Source: Chrysemys picta bellii
Lineage: Eukaryota
Length of the DNA: 64,000 nucleotides
Reading direction: 5' to 3'
Assembly: GCF_011386835.1 (NCBI RefSeq)
Contig: NC_088810.1
Coordinates: forward strand, 248,001 to 312,000
Part shown: positions 21,301 through 33,400 of the stretch, in pieces
Position numbering within the stretch: the first letter of the stretch is position 1
How the letters are laid out: each line of letters starts with the position of its first letter
Translations under genes and position numbers: made by a program
Notes under the pieces: model-generated
Told to the model about the DNA's origin: nothing
Database searches by the model: none
The model's input: the letters and a program-made list of their open reading frames with translations, nothing else

Positions 21301-23906
21301 GTCCCATCTGCCCTGCGTCTCTCCCCCACCCCCACCCTGCTGCAGCGCTGCTGCTGAGCCGGAAACCCTCAGGCCTCCCGCCCGCCCGCCCCTGGCAGTG
21401 CTCTCCCCCCCCCCCGCCCACGGGTCAGCGCAGCTTGAGCGGGGACAGACACGCCACATCCTGCTGGGGATCAAGTGGCAGCACCTGGCCCTGCTCGAAA
21501 GTGGGGGTGGGGGTGGTGCAGAGACTAGAGCGAAGCCGGTGGAGGGGCATTGACGGGGATGGGCCACAGCAGCAGCCCCCGCCCCTGCCCCCACCCCCTG
21601 CAATCTGGGCCCATGGAGCCAGGTGGGGGAATGGAGGACGGGCTGGGGAGGGGAAGGATGGAGGAAGCAGGTGTGCAGGGGAGGCTGCCCTCTTAGCCCT
21701 CATCTCCCCCGCTTGGCCCCCCGTGTCCAGCCCCGCCTCCCCCGCCCGTACCTGGAAGAGGCGGGTGAAGATGTCGAACTCGAAGATGGACACGTGGTCG
21801 CTGCAGGTCAGGTCCATGGTGGCTCTCAGGGCCGCGGCCATGGGGCCGGGCGCCACGGGGTGAACCCGCTGCAGCCCCACCTGGAACTCGCTCCATGACA
21901 CCAGGCTCCTGTGGGGGCAGGGGGCAGTGAGAGGGGATGGGCCCATGGGGGGGTTGGAAGTAGCAGGTTGGGAGACCCTGGGGAAGAAGGGGGGTATCTG
22001 GGTGGGAGAGGGGAAGGGGATACCTGGGGGGCAAGCAGGGGGAGGAGGGCAGTGGGGCAGGGATACCAGGGAGTCCATGTCTCAGCAGGGGGCTGGGAGG
22101 GGAATAGCGGGGGGTAGCTGGGGAATGGAGGTATCAGGGATCTCACCGTGCCCCCCATGTCCCTCTCCAGAAGGCCTCGGCGGGCGGCTGGCTGGGCCGG
22201 TACTGGTGCCCCTGGTCCTGCCCGTCGGGGATCAGGGCTCGGAGCTCCCCCAGCACGTGGCTGAAGATCAGCGACAGCTTGGTCAGCTTCCTCCTGGGGG
22301 AGAGATGGGAGCAGGGGTGAGAATGGGGTCCACTCTCCCCTCCCCCACCACAGTCAACAGGAAACACTTGGGGGGCGGACGGACGGGAAGGGGAGGGGGG
22401 CAGTTTCTCTGCAGCATCAAAGAGGCCCAGAGACGCTGCTGGTGGAGCCGGACAACCCCAGGCTGGGGGGAAGACGGACTGTCACCTGCCCCACCCCACA
22501 ATCTCCACTCCAGGCACCCAGAAACAGACACTGGGAAGGAAAGAAGATGGTTTGTATGTTGGGGAGAGGTCGGGAGGGAGAGGCACCAGCAGAGCTGGGG
22601 GGAAACCCAGGCTGGGATGGGGGGGCTGCGGGTCGGGAGTGAGGGGCATCAGCAGGGCTGGGATGGGGGGGGGGCCGCGGGTCGGGAGTGAGGGACACCA
22701 GCAGAGCTGGGGGGGAACCCAGGCTGGGATGTGGGGGCTGCGGGTTGGGAGTGAGGGGCACCAGCAGAGCTGGGGGGGAACCCAGGCTGGGATGGGGGGC
22801 CTGCGGGTTGGGAGTGAGGGGCACCAGCAGAGCTGGGGGGGAACCCAGGCTGGGATGTGGGGGCTGCGGGTTGGGAGTGAGGGGCACCAGCAGAGCTGGG
22901 GGGGAACCCAGGCCTGGATGGGGGGCCTGCGGGTCGGGAGTGAGGGGCACCAGCAGAGCTGGGGGGGAACCCAGGCCTGGATGGGGGGCCTGCGGGTCGG
23001 GAGTGAGGGGCACCAGCAGAGCTAGGGGGGAACCCAGGCTGGGATGCGGGGGGGCGTTGAGAGTGCGGGGAGCCAGGGTCCCTGGATCTGGGCGTTTTCT
23101 GTTGTTGGTTCTTTTTCTGCTTCCGCTGCGATAGGAGCTGGTTACTCAGTAACTCGGGGCCACACCCTTTCACCAGAGTCCAACAGGCGCGGCCAGCCTC
23201 TCCCTACGGGCAGGTGCCCCTCACTCCCGACCCGCAGCCCCCCGACTATCCCAGCCCTGGGGTCTCTCCCTCAGCTCTGCCGGTTCCCCTCACTCTGCTA
23301 TCCCAGCCCTGGGCTCTCCCCACCTAGCTCGGCCAGTGCCCCTCACTCCCGACCTGCAGCCCCCCCGCTAGCCCAGCTCTGGGCTCCCCACATCCCCACA
23401 TCTCTGCCAGTGCCCCTCACTCCCGACTCGCACACCCCTGCTAACTCAGCTCTGCCTCCCCCTCAGCTCTGCTGGTGCCCCTCACTCCCGACCTGCAGCC
23501 CTCTGCTAGCCCAGCTCTCCCTGCCTCCTTGCCCCACGGTGCCCCCTTGGGGCCAGTACCTGGAGACCGACCCCTCCTGGAAAATGCCATCCGGGTCTCC
23601 CTTGAAGAGCTTGGTGGCCTGCTTGACCTTGCGCTGCAGGTTGTTGATGTAGACAGGGAAGTAGCCGGCCTCCCAGAGGCGGCTCAGGCTGGCCCCGGGC
23701 TGGCCCCGAATCAGCAGCAGGTGCTGGCGCATCTGGGGCAGGAGCTGGAGCAGGCTGGGGGGGCTGTTCCTCAGCCCCAGGCCCGGCTGCTCCACCAGCC
23801 GCTGCAACTTCTCCAGCCCCTGCAGGGCCTTGTCCAGCGAGCGCCGAGCGGCTGCGCCCAGGGCAAAAGGGCCCCGCCGGGCACCTGGTCCCCCTGCAGC
23901 AGCCAT
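18336..23906 (-). CDS. CBLC: E3 ubiquitin-protein ligase CBL-C (TKB 4H/EF/SH2 domains, RING finger, Pro-rich tail); about 513 aa in the simplest model
   Basis: Exons (top-bottom) 23906-23560, 22293-22147, 21908-21752, 21202-21081, 20545-20408, 20035-19948, 19832-19701, 19444-19277, 18710-18606, 18473-18336 (stop; exon runs to 18297). Two further spliceable exons at 18174-18088 and 17971-about 17670. Peptides [77 protein letters not shown]. Short tail with no UBA domain and position beside BCL3/BCAM indicate CBLC. The C-terminus is uncertain (see findings). Confidence 0.95.
18790..19276. repeat. About 80-bp C-rich minisatellite in CBLC intron 8, starting at the donor
   Basis: Repeated CCCCATCCCCTGCC...CCCCACCTTCCTCCT. 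Confidence 0.9.
20560..21060. repeat. Minisatellite filling CBLC intron 4
   Basis: About 6 units of GGGGGCGCTCTCCCCTGGCAGTCAGTGCTGGCCCCA...; a related single unit lies at 3390-3505. Confidence 0.9.
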
Positions 23907-24780
23907 AGCAGCTGGCGAAAGGCCGGAGGGGAGAGACTGTGCTTCCTGCACCCAGGGTTGGGCAGGGCGGGTCTGACCGAGGGGGAGGGAAGGAGGGAAC
24001 GAAGAAAAGAACAAGACAGAGCGAGCGAGAGAGAAAAGCGTAGAGGAAGCGACACAAACAAGCAGCTTCACAAGAGGGCCACAGGCAAGGCCTTGAGCCC
24101 CCCCTCCTGTCACATCCGGACAGGTCACTCCCCTCCCCCCCACTGAGGAGATGGGAGGGAGTGTGGGGGCGTTTTTACACACTGCGCACCTGTCAGAGCA
24201 AGTGTGAACCTGCAGCTCTGGGGCCTTTGGATCCAGGAGTGAGGGGCACTGGCAGAGCTGGGGGGTGGGGAGCCCAGTGCTGGGCTGGCAGGGGGCTGCG
24301 GGTCGGGGGTCAGGGGCACCGGCAGAGCTAGGGAGGGAGGAAGAGAGGAGCCCTGGGTGGCCAGGGGGCTGCAGGTCAGGGGTGAGGGGCACTGGCAGAG
24401 CTGGGGGGTGGGGAGACCAGTGCTGGGCTGGCAGGGGGCTGCGGGTCGGGGGTCAGGGGCACCGGCAGAGCTAGGGAGGGAGGAAGAGAGGAGCCCTGGG
24501 TGGCCAGGGGGCTGCAGGTCAGGGGTGAGGGGCACTGGCAGAGCTGGGGAGCCCAGGGCTGGGCTGGCAGGGGGCTGCGGGTCAGGAGTGAGGGGCACCG
24601 CCTGTCAGTTCTGTCACACCCTGTGCAGCTCTCTGGGTGATTTCCGCCGGGGGGGGCGGGAGCAGCCGGGAACCCGCCCCGGGCCTGAACCTACCTGTAA
24701 ATCCAGGTGCCGCTGACTCACCTGTGGCCTCGCCTGCCCCTGCCCCTGCCCCTGCCCCGGGGGCGCGCCTGGAACCCGCC

Positions 24781-24811
24781 TGCAATTCTCCCTTCGGCCA
24801 CCAGGTGGCGC
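24781..24811 (+). promoter_or_regulatory. CTCF site: core plus upstream motif
   Basis: CCACCAGGTGGCGC at 24798-24811 is an exact CTCF core consensus; TGCAATTC at 24781-24788 resembles the ZF9-11 upstream motif. Confidence 0.7.
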
Positions 24812-24849
24812 CGCTGCCTGGACGATCCCCGGAGAACAATTGTACCAGC

Positions 24850-26540
24850 ATCGGGGGCCCGTCCAGCCCCATAGCGCCCCCCATCAGCCCCAGGGGCCCA
24901 TCCAGCCCCATAGCGCCCCCATCAGCCCCAGGGGCCAGTCCAGCCCCATAGCGCCCCCCATCAACCCCACAAGCCTATCCAGCCCCATAGCGCCCCCCAT
25001 CAGCCCCAGGGGCCCGTCCAGCCCCATAGCGCCCCCCATCAACCCCACAAGCCCATCCAGCCCCATAGCGCCCCCCATCAACCCCACAAGCCTATCCAGC
25101 CCCATAGCGCCCCCCATCAGCCCCAGGGGCCCGTCCAGCCCCATAGCGCCCCCCATCAGCCCCACAAGCCTATCCAGCCCCATAGCGCCCATCAGCCCCA
25201 AGGGCCCATCCAGCCCCATAGCGCCCCCATCAGCCCCACAAGCCTATCCAGCCCCATAGCGCCCCCCATCAGCCCCAGGGGCCCGTCCAGCCCCATAGCA
25301 CCCCCCATCAGCCCCACAAGCCTATCCAGCCCCATAGCACCCCCCATCGGCCCCAGGGGCCCATCCAGCCCCATAGCACCCCCATCAGCCCCAGGGGCCC
25401 GTCCAGCCCCATAGCACCCCCATCAGCCCCAGGGGCCCGTCCAGCCCCATAGGCGCCCCCATCAGCCCCACAGGCCCACCATCAGCCCCAGGGGCCCATC
25501 CAGCCCCATAGCGCCCCCCCATCAGCTCCACAAGCCTATCCAGCCCCATAGCGCCCCCCATCAGCCCCACAGGCCCATCCAGTCCCATAGGGCCCCCATC
25601 AGCCCCACAGGCCCATCAAGCCCCGGGGCCCCGTCAAGCCCCATAGCACCTCCCCATCAGCCCCACGGGCCCATCCAGCCCCATAGCACCTCCCCATTAG
25701 CCCCACAGCCCCATCCAGCCCCATAGCGCCCCCCATCAGCCCCACAGGCCCATCCAGTCCCATAGGGCCCCCATCAGCCCCACAGGCCCATCAAGCCCCG
25801 GGGCCCCGTCAAGCCCCATAGCACCTCCCCATCAGCCCCATGGGCCCATCCAGCCCCATAGCACCTCCCCATTAGCCCCACAGCCCCATCCAGCCACATA
25901 GCACCCCACATCAGCCCCACAAGTCCATCCAGCCCCAGGGCCCCGTCAAGCCCCATAACGCCCCCATCAGCTCCAGGGCCCCGTCCAGCCCTATAGCCCC
26001 CCCATCAGCCCCACAGGCCCACCTAGCCCCATAGCACCCCCCATCAGCCCCACGGGCCCATCCAGCCCCATAGCACCCCCCTTCAGCCCCACAGGCCCAT
26101 CCAGCCCCATAGCACCCCACACCAGCCGCAGGGCTCCGTCCAGCCCCATAGCCCCCCCATCAGCCCCACAGGCCCGTCCAACCCCATAACCCCCCCTCAC
26201 ATCAACCCCAGGGGCCCATCGAGCCCCACAGTGCCCCCCATCAGCCCCAGGGCCCCGTCCAGCCCCACAGCACCTCCGTGTTAGCCTCATGGGCCCATGC
26301 AGCCCCATCGTGTCCCCCATCAGCCCGACAGCCCCACAACCCCCCCCCATCAGCCTCACAGCCCCATAGCACCCCCCATCAGCCCCACAGGTCCATCCAG
26401 CCCCATAGCCCCTCACCATCGGCCCCCGTGCCCCATCCAGCCCCACAGCACCTCCCCGTTAGTCTCATGGGCCCATCCAGCCCCATAGCACCCCCACCCC
26501 CATCAGCCCCACGGGCCCCTCCAGCCGCATAGCGCCCCCT
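24850..26540. repeat. About 31-bp minisatellite (about 1.7 kb) between the CBLC promoter and the BCL3 3' end
   Basis: About 50 units of CAGCCCCATAGCRCCCCCCATCAGCCCCA(G/C)(G/A)GGCCC(A/G)TC. Confidence 0.95.
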
Positions 26541-26580
26541 AAATCTCTTTCAGTCTTAGGATAAAAAATACAAAAAATAT

Positions 26581-26587
26581 TTTATTA
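26581..26587 (-). terminator. BCL3 poly(A) signal AATAAA
   Basis: TTTATT in an A/T-rich patch about 850 nt downstream of the BCL3 stop. Confidence 0.65.
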
Positions 26588-27431
26588 GCGGCTTAGAAAA
26601 GACCCTCATAAGTTACCCCCAAACCACAACCCCCCCAGGAGATTCAAGTATCAGTGACTGGCGGCAACTCTGAGGTGGGGGGATAGGATCCCCCCACCCC
26701 CCTGGTTCTGCATCCCGCAGAGCACCGAGGGGGCAGAAGGGTTAATGCTAGCGAATGGGGGGTGGGGGCTGGGCTTGGCTCCCAGCAGCCTTTGTGGGGG
26801 GCATAGAGGGCCCCTGCGAGTCCAGTCTCAGTGCAGCCAATTCCCACTCCCCCTCAGTGTGCCCCCCAGCCGAGTTCCGCCGACTCCATGCCGGGCTTTA
26901 GCTGCGACCTCCCCAGGGGCTGCTTGTGGTTTCACTCAGGCTCTGGCCCCATTTGGGGCAGGGGTCCTGGCAGGGCCACTCTGCTGTCTCCTGGGGGAGG
27001 GGAGGGCAGAAAGAGGACACACTGCCCCCCCACCCCCGAGGCGGGGGAAGGCGAATGCAAGGGGGCCTGTCGGACAGTCCTCTCTTCAGGGCTTCACCCA
27101 GGCTGGGACCTGGGCACGGAGCTGGCCGGGCACCTAGGCCCCATAGGAGCATATGGGTTCCCCCTCCATGGAGACAGCCAGACACCTGGGTCCCCCAGGA
27201 ACACATGGAGACGCCCGGACTCCTGGGTCCTGTAGGGGAGTAGGCAGCTGTCGCTGGCAGTGAGGGTCCCCCAGGAGGCCCGGATGCCTGGGTCCCACAG
27301 CAACAGGCGGGGTCCTGCGCATGCAGACGCAGGGTCCTCTAGGAGCCGGTCACCCCAGTGCTACATCCCCAGGGCGAGAGTCCCCTGGGGTCCCTGGACT
27401 GGGAGGGGCGGCTGCCCCCAGGACTCCGCTG

Positions 27432-30400
27432 TCAGCTGCCCCCGCTGTCCCTGTGGCGAAGCCACTGTGCCTCCGCCTCCGTGGGTGGGCTCCCTGCCCC
27501 ACGCGGAGTCCGTGATTGGTCCAGCCCAGCACCTCTCAGGTGAATCCGACTGGGTGGCAGCCCCTGGACAATGGGCGGGTGAAAGGCACCAGGCAGCAGC
27601 GAGAGGTGATTAGTTGAGGTGTCCTGGCCGGGAGACGCAATTGGGTAGATGGCACCATGGAGTGCAGGCTCCAGCAGGCTTTCGGCCAATTGCAGAAAGG
27701 GCTTTGGGGCAGTGGCAGAGCCCATTGGCTGCCCCAGGGTGGGCGGGGGCATGTTTCCCTCCAGCTTCACCCCGTGGAGGGAGCCAGGCGTTGATGCCCC
27801 ATTGGCTGGCTCAGCAGTTTCTGGTCTCTGATTGGTTGGGGCAGTTCTGCAGGCTCCTGGGGTGTGGGGAGGGCTCGGGGCAGAAGACGGGGAGCCAGGG
27901 GAGGCGCTGGGCAGACCTGGGGGGAGAGAAAGGGGACATCAGGAATCAGCCCCAGAACCCCACCCCCCCAAAGGGGAACCGGGAACCCCCCCGACATCCC
28001 AACCCCCCCCCCCCGAACCCCTGGACCCTCCCACTAGGGAGCCCGCAGCCGTGAGGGGGTTGGTGTGTCTCTCCATGGGGCTGGCTCCAGGGGTCATGGG
28101 CAGGCGGACCAAAGCATGACCTTCAGATGGGGCATTCCCCAGGGGGCTCCGGGGGATGGGCACATGGGCTAAGGGGGCCAGTGGGGTGTTTCTGCTGGGG
28201 GTCAGGCAGGCGCCAGGGGCATTGGGGGGGCAGCACTCACCATTGGGGGTCAGGCGGGCGCCAGGGGAGCTGGCTGAACTGGGTGCCGGGGAGGCCCCAT
28301 CCCGGGTGCTTTCGGAAGCTGGGGGAGGCCGGGAGGCCTTTCCCCTCAGGATGTCGATCACCTGGGAACGGGGGATGGAGGGAGTTACCCTGTCCCGCTG
28401 GGAGCCCCCTCAGACCCACCCCAAGGCCCCCTAATCCCCACCCCATTTCCACATGGCAGCAGTGGCCCCTCCCCTCCCTGCTTCCCTTCATCCCAATGGC
28501 CCCCACTCTCCCTCCCTCCAAGCCTCTATACCCCCAGGGGCCTCTTAGTGCAGCCTCTCTTTGTCCTCCTGCCGACCCTCCCCAGGCCCCTGCTCCCCCT
28601 CTGTGGATCACCCCACGTCCTGCCAACCCTCCCCAGGCCCCTGCTTACCCCCCCAGCGTCCTCCCCACGTCCTGCCAACCCTCCCCAGGCCCCTGCTCCC
28701 TGTCCCCAGCGTCCTCCCCACGTCCTGCCGACCCTCCCCAGCCCCCGCTCACCCCCCCAGCATCTCCCCCATGTCCTGCTGACCCTCCCCAGCCCTCTGC
28801 TCACCCCCCCAGGGTCTCCCCCACTCACCCGCCGGTTCTTGGCCACCATGAGCGCCGTGTCATTGTGATAGTTCTTGATCCCGCAGTCGGCCCCGTTCCG
28901 CACCAGCAGCCGCAGGGCATCCAGCAGCCCCCGTCCACTGGCCACGTGCAGCGCCGTGCACCCCGCATACGACTGCGCGTTCACATTTGCCCCATTCTGC
29001 CGGGGCGGGGGAGAGAAGAGACGGGCGGTGAGACGGGACAGACAACGCCCCCCGCCCAAAGCGTCATGTCCAGGGGCGGTAGCTGGGCGGGGGCAGGGTT
29101 TTGGGGGGGCAGTGACAGAAACCTGATTGGGGCAAGGGGACATTTGGGGGAGCTGAAGGGAGGGAGAGGGGCCAGGTGTGGGGGAGAGGCCAGGTGGGAG
29201 GGGGGAGGGGGCCTGGCCCTCACCTGTATTAGCAGCTCCACCATGTCCAGGCTGTTGTTCTCCACGGCATGGAGCAAGGGGGAGCGGCCACTCTTGATGT
29301 CCTGTGTGGGGTGCACAGCAGGGTCAGACCCCTCAGGTACAGACAGGCTCCCCCCACTCAGTTCACACATACACCCCCCCCGGAAATCCCCTCTCAGTTC
29401 ACACAGTTCTCTCCCAGCTCTGCTCCCCTTCCCCACCGCTGTACCCAGCCCCCCTTGTGTGTGTGTGTGGGGGGGGGTTGGAGGGGATGGGCTCCCCCGT
29501 ACCCAGCCCCCCGTGCGCCATGTCTGTGGGGTGGGAGTAGGCGCCCCCCCATGCTCACCACAGCGTCGATGTCCGCCCCGTGCTCCAGCAGCAGCAGCAC
29601 TGTGTCCCGGTTCGAGGTGGCCACAGACACATGCAGGGGGGTGAGACCTGGGGGGAGAGAACGGGGGGGGGGTGAGAGAGGCACAAGGGGGGGGGACGGG
29701 GGGGCTGGCCTGGCTTGGGGGCGGGGGCCTTTGGGCTTTTCCAGAGATTCTGGTCCCAGTTCTCAGCTGTTTGGAAAAATTCTCAAAACCACAAGCTCCC
29801 CCCCTGCCCCCTCCCGACCCCAGTCCCCTCCATCCCCTGCCGCCCTGCTCACCCTCGTAGTTCCGGGCCTCCAGCTCAGGTCGGTTGCTGCCCCACTCCA
29901 GCAGCTCTCGCAGGCACCGGGGGCTGCCGTGCTCGCAGGCCAGGTGCACCGACGTTTGTCCGTGCCGGTCCAGTGCCATCGGGGAAGCCCCGTGCGAGAG
30001 CAGCAGCTTCACCAGGGACGGCTGGGTGGTGATCACCGCCAGGTGCAAGGGGGTCTGAGGGGGGAGAGGCACAAGGCACTGCTGCAGGAAAGCTCACAAC
30101 GCCTGGCAGTGGGTCCCAGCTGGGGGCACACACAAGGAAGCTCGCAGCACCAGGGGGTTTCCCAGCTGGGGACACAGGCAGGGCATTGCCACGGCAAAGC
30201 TCACGGCACCGAGACATGCAAGCTGTGAGCTGCTGGTGCACACCCTGTAACCAGAGGAAGCTGCCCAGTCCCGACGGTGCTAACCGCAGCCCCCGGCGCC
30301 AGCCGCGTTGACGCAGACGCTTCTGAGAAGGGGCTGGAGCTGGCTCAGGTGGTGGTTTACGGGAAATGGGGCACACAACACGGGACTGGGGGAAGCTGCC

Positions 30401-33400
30401 CCAGCTTAGAGACCCCTCGGGACCCAAGCAGAGCTGGGGGGAGCCCAAGGCTGGGGTAACTGGGGGCTGTGGGTCGGGAGTGAGCAGCACCTGTCCATAG
30501 GGTGGGGCTGGCAGATCCTTCTGGGCTCTGGGGATGGGGGGGGCTGAGCGTGTAAGAGTGTGCACAGGTGCCATGGTGTGTGTGAGTGGGCACGTCCCAG
30601 TAAGCCGTGTCTCTGTGAGAGCGTGTGTGTGTGACTGGCGCATGGGGCCATCGAAGTAGGAATGTGCGATTCCCGTAGAAGTCCGTGAACACGCTTGTTG
30701 CAGGGAGCGAGTGTGTCTGAGTGCGTGTCACACCAGTGCATGGTGAGTGTGGAATGCAGCATGCCCGGGTGCATGAGCGTGCAGTGCTCTGGGAACACAG
30801 GTATTGCAGGGAGTGGGAGTGTCCAAGCGTGTCTCTCTCAGCCGTGCACGGTGAGTGTGCAATGCAGCGTGCCCCAGTGCTCTGGGAATGGTGCAAGGAG
30901 CCAGAGGGAGAGGGGAGAGTGCTGCAGGGTTTGCCCTTGACCTGCTTTGTGTCCCATCACGCAGGGCGACCTGCAAGTGCTCCAGGTGCCAGGTCTGCCT
31001 GCGTCCCCGCCCCCGTGACTCAGGCTCTGACCCTGGGGCGTCGCCCAGGCAACGGGGGGGGGGGGGGGGGAGGAAGTTGTCGGGGAAAGTCCCGTCTGTG
31101 CTGGGGCTGGGCGGGGCTGGGCACGTGGGTTCTGGGAACGTCGTGCCCGGGTTCCCCCCCCCCCGTTCAGCCTGGTGCCACCTGACAGGGGCAGGTTGGC
31201 ATCACACCCCTCCCCCGATACCCCGGTCCCCCCTCCCCACATCTGCCAGGGACCAGTCTGGTATCAAAGCCCACAGACCAGGCCCCCCATCCTGCCCCGG
31301 GACCCCCAGCCCTCCCCCGGACTGACCTGCCGCATGTTGTTGTAGATGTCCAGGTCCCGCTGACCCTGTAGGAAGAGGCTGACCAGGCGCTGGGCAACGG
31401 GCAGGTTCCCCTGGGCCACAGCGATGTGCAGAGCCCTGTGGGCGGGGGGAGGAGAGACCGTCACTGGGGAGGGGCGGTGTGGGGAGAAGAACCTCCTCAG
31501 GGTCCCCGCACTCCACAGAAAGTTCCTCTCCCCTCCCCCAGCCACAGAAATTCCCAGGTAGGTTCTGGCTAGAACAGCCGTTGCAACAGTGTCAGGGGAC
31601 TCCCCAGCCTCATCCCAGCTCGGAGCTCACCGCAGTGGGCAGTGCCCTCTTTAAACCCCACGCGAGCACCTCTTCACCAACAGTCCCTAATAACCCCTGG
31701 GCAGATGCCAGCTAGAACAGCAGGTGCAACAATGTTACTGGAGTCCCCAGCCCCTCCCCGCCACTCCACAACCCCCCTGCAGAGAGGCTGGCCCTTTCAG
31801 ATCTATTAGCAACACTGGTGCTGCTTAGAACAAGCGTTGCAATGTTAGCAAGGTCCCCGTCCTGCCCCACATCATCCCCACTGGGTCTGAGCTCCCCCCA
31901 TCTTCCATCACACCCTCCCCACTGCCCCTTGGCTCCCTTAGCCCATCTCCTTGGGTACATCCAGCTCTCCCCCTCCCTCCCATGTCCTGCCCCCAGAGCC
32001 CTGTCACCCCAGCTCACTCTCCCTCTGCTCCCTGCTCTGGTCCCCGGCTCTGCTGCCCCCCAGCCCTGGCCCCCTCTCTGCCGCCCCCCCTCCCCAAGGA
32101 CGCAGGTGATTTCAGAGAATCGCTCCAGCAGCGAATTACGATAAAAGGAAACCTCTTATCAGCGCAGCCCGAGCAAAGGGGGGGGGGGGGTCCTCGACTC
32201 CGGGCTTCCAGTAAGAGCTCCCAGCCGCCCGCTGACCTCCACTTCCTGTCTCAAACAGGCCACTTTCGATATCCACTGGCAGCTCAGGCTTGGGAGGCTG
32301 CAGCGCTGCAAGCTGCCCCAGGAACAGTGCCCTGTCACTGCCAAGCAGGAAACCCAGTGCTGCGAGCTTCCCCCCATGACAGTGCCCTGTCACTGCCCAG
32401 CTGGGAACCCAGCGCTGTGAGCTTCCCCCCATGACAGTGCCCTGTCACTGCTGAACCCGGAACCCAGCACTGCAAGCTTCCCCAGGAACAGTGCCCTGTC
32501 ACTGCCAAGCGGGAAACCCAGTGCTGCAAGCTTCCCCCATGACAGTGCCCTGTCACTGCCCAGCTGGGAACCCAGCGCTGCGAGCTTCCCCCCATGACAG
32601 TGCCCTGTCACTGCTGAACCCGGAACCCAGCACTGCAAGCTTCCCCAGGAACAGTGCCCTGTCACTGCCAAGCGGGAAACCCAGTGCTGCGAGCTTCCCT
32701 CCATGACAGTGCCCTGTCACTGCCCAGCCGGGCACAGTGATGCGAGCTTTCCCCCATGACAGTGCCCTGTCACTGCCCAGCTGGGAACCCAGCGCTGCGA
32801 GCTTCCCCCCATGACAGTGCCCTGTCACTGCTGAACCCGGAACCCAGCACTGCAAGCTTCCCCAGGAACAGTGCCCTGTCACTGCCAAGCGGGAAACCCA
32901 GTGCTGCGAGCTTCCCCCATGACAGTGCCCTGTCACTGCCCAGCCGGGCACCCAGTGCTGCGAGCTTTCCCCCATGACAGTGCCCTGTCACTGCCCAGCT
33001 GGGAACCCAGCCCTGTGAGCTTCCCCCCATGACAGTGCCCTGTCACTGCCCACCTGGGAACCCAGTGCTGCGAGCTTCCCCCCATGACAGTGCCCTGTCA
33101 CTGCCCAGCCACCCACCCAGTGCTGCGAGCTTCCCCCCATGATAGTGCCCTGTCACTGCCCAGCTGGGAACCCAGTGCTGTGAGCTTCCCTAGAAACAGT
33201 GCCCTGTCACTGCCCAGCTGGGAACCTAGTGCTGCGAGCTTCCCCCCATGACAGTGCCCTGTCACTGCCTAGCCAGGAACCCAGTGCTGCGAGCTTCCCC
33301 CACCACAGTGCCCTGTCTGGAACCCAGCACTGCAAGCTTCCCCAGGAACAGTGCCCTGTCATTGCCCAGCTGGGAACTCGGTGCTGCAAGCTTCCCCCTA

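Noticed and set aside
28127-30228. 505-, 363- and 319-aa ORFs
   Set aside because: GC-rich read-through of BCL3 introns and exons; the spliced model explains all conserved peptide segments.
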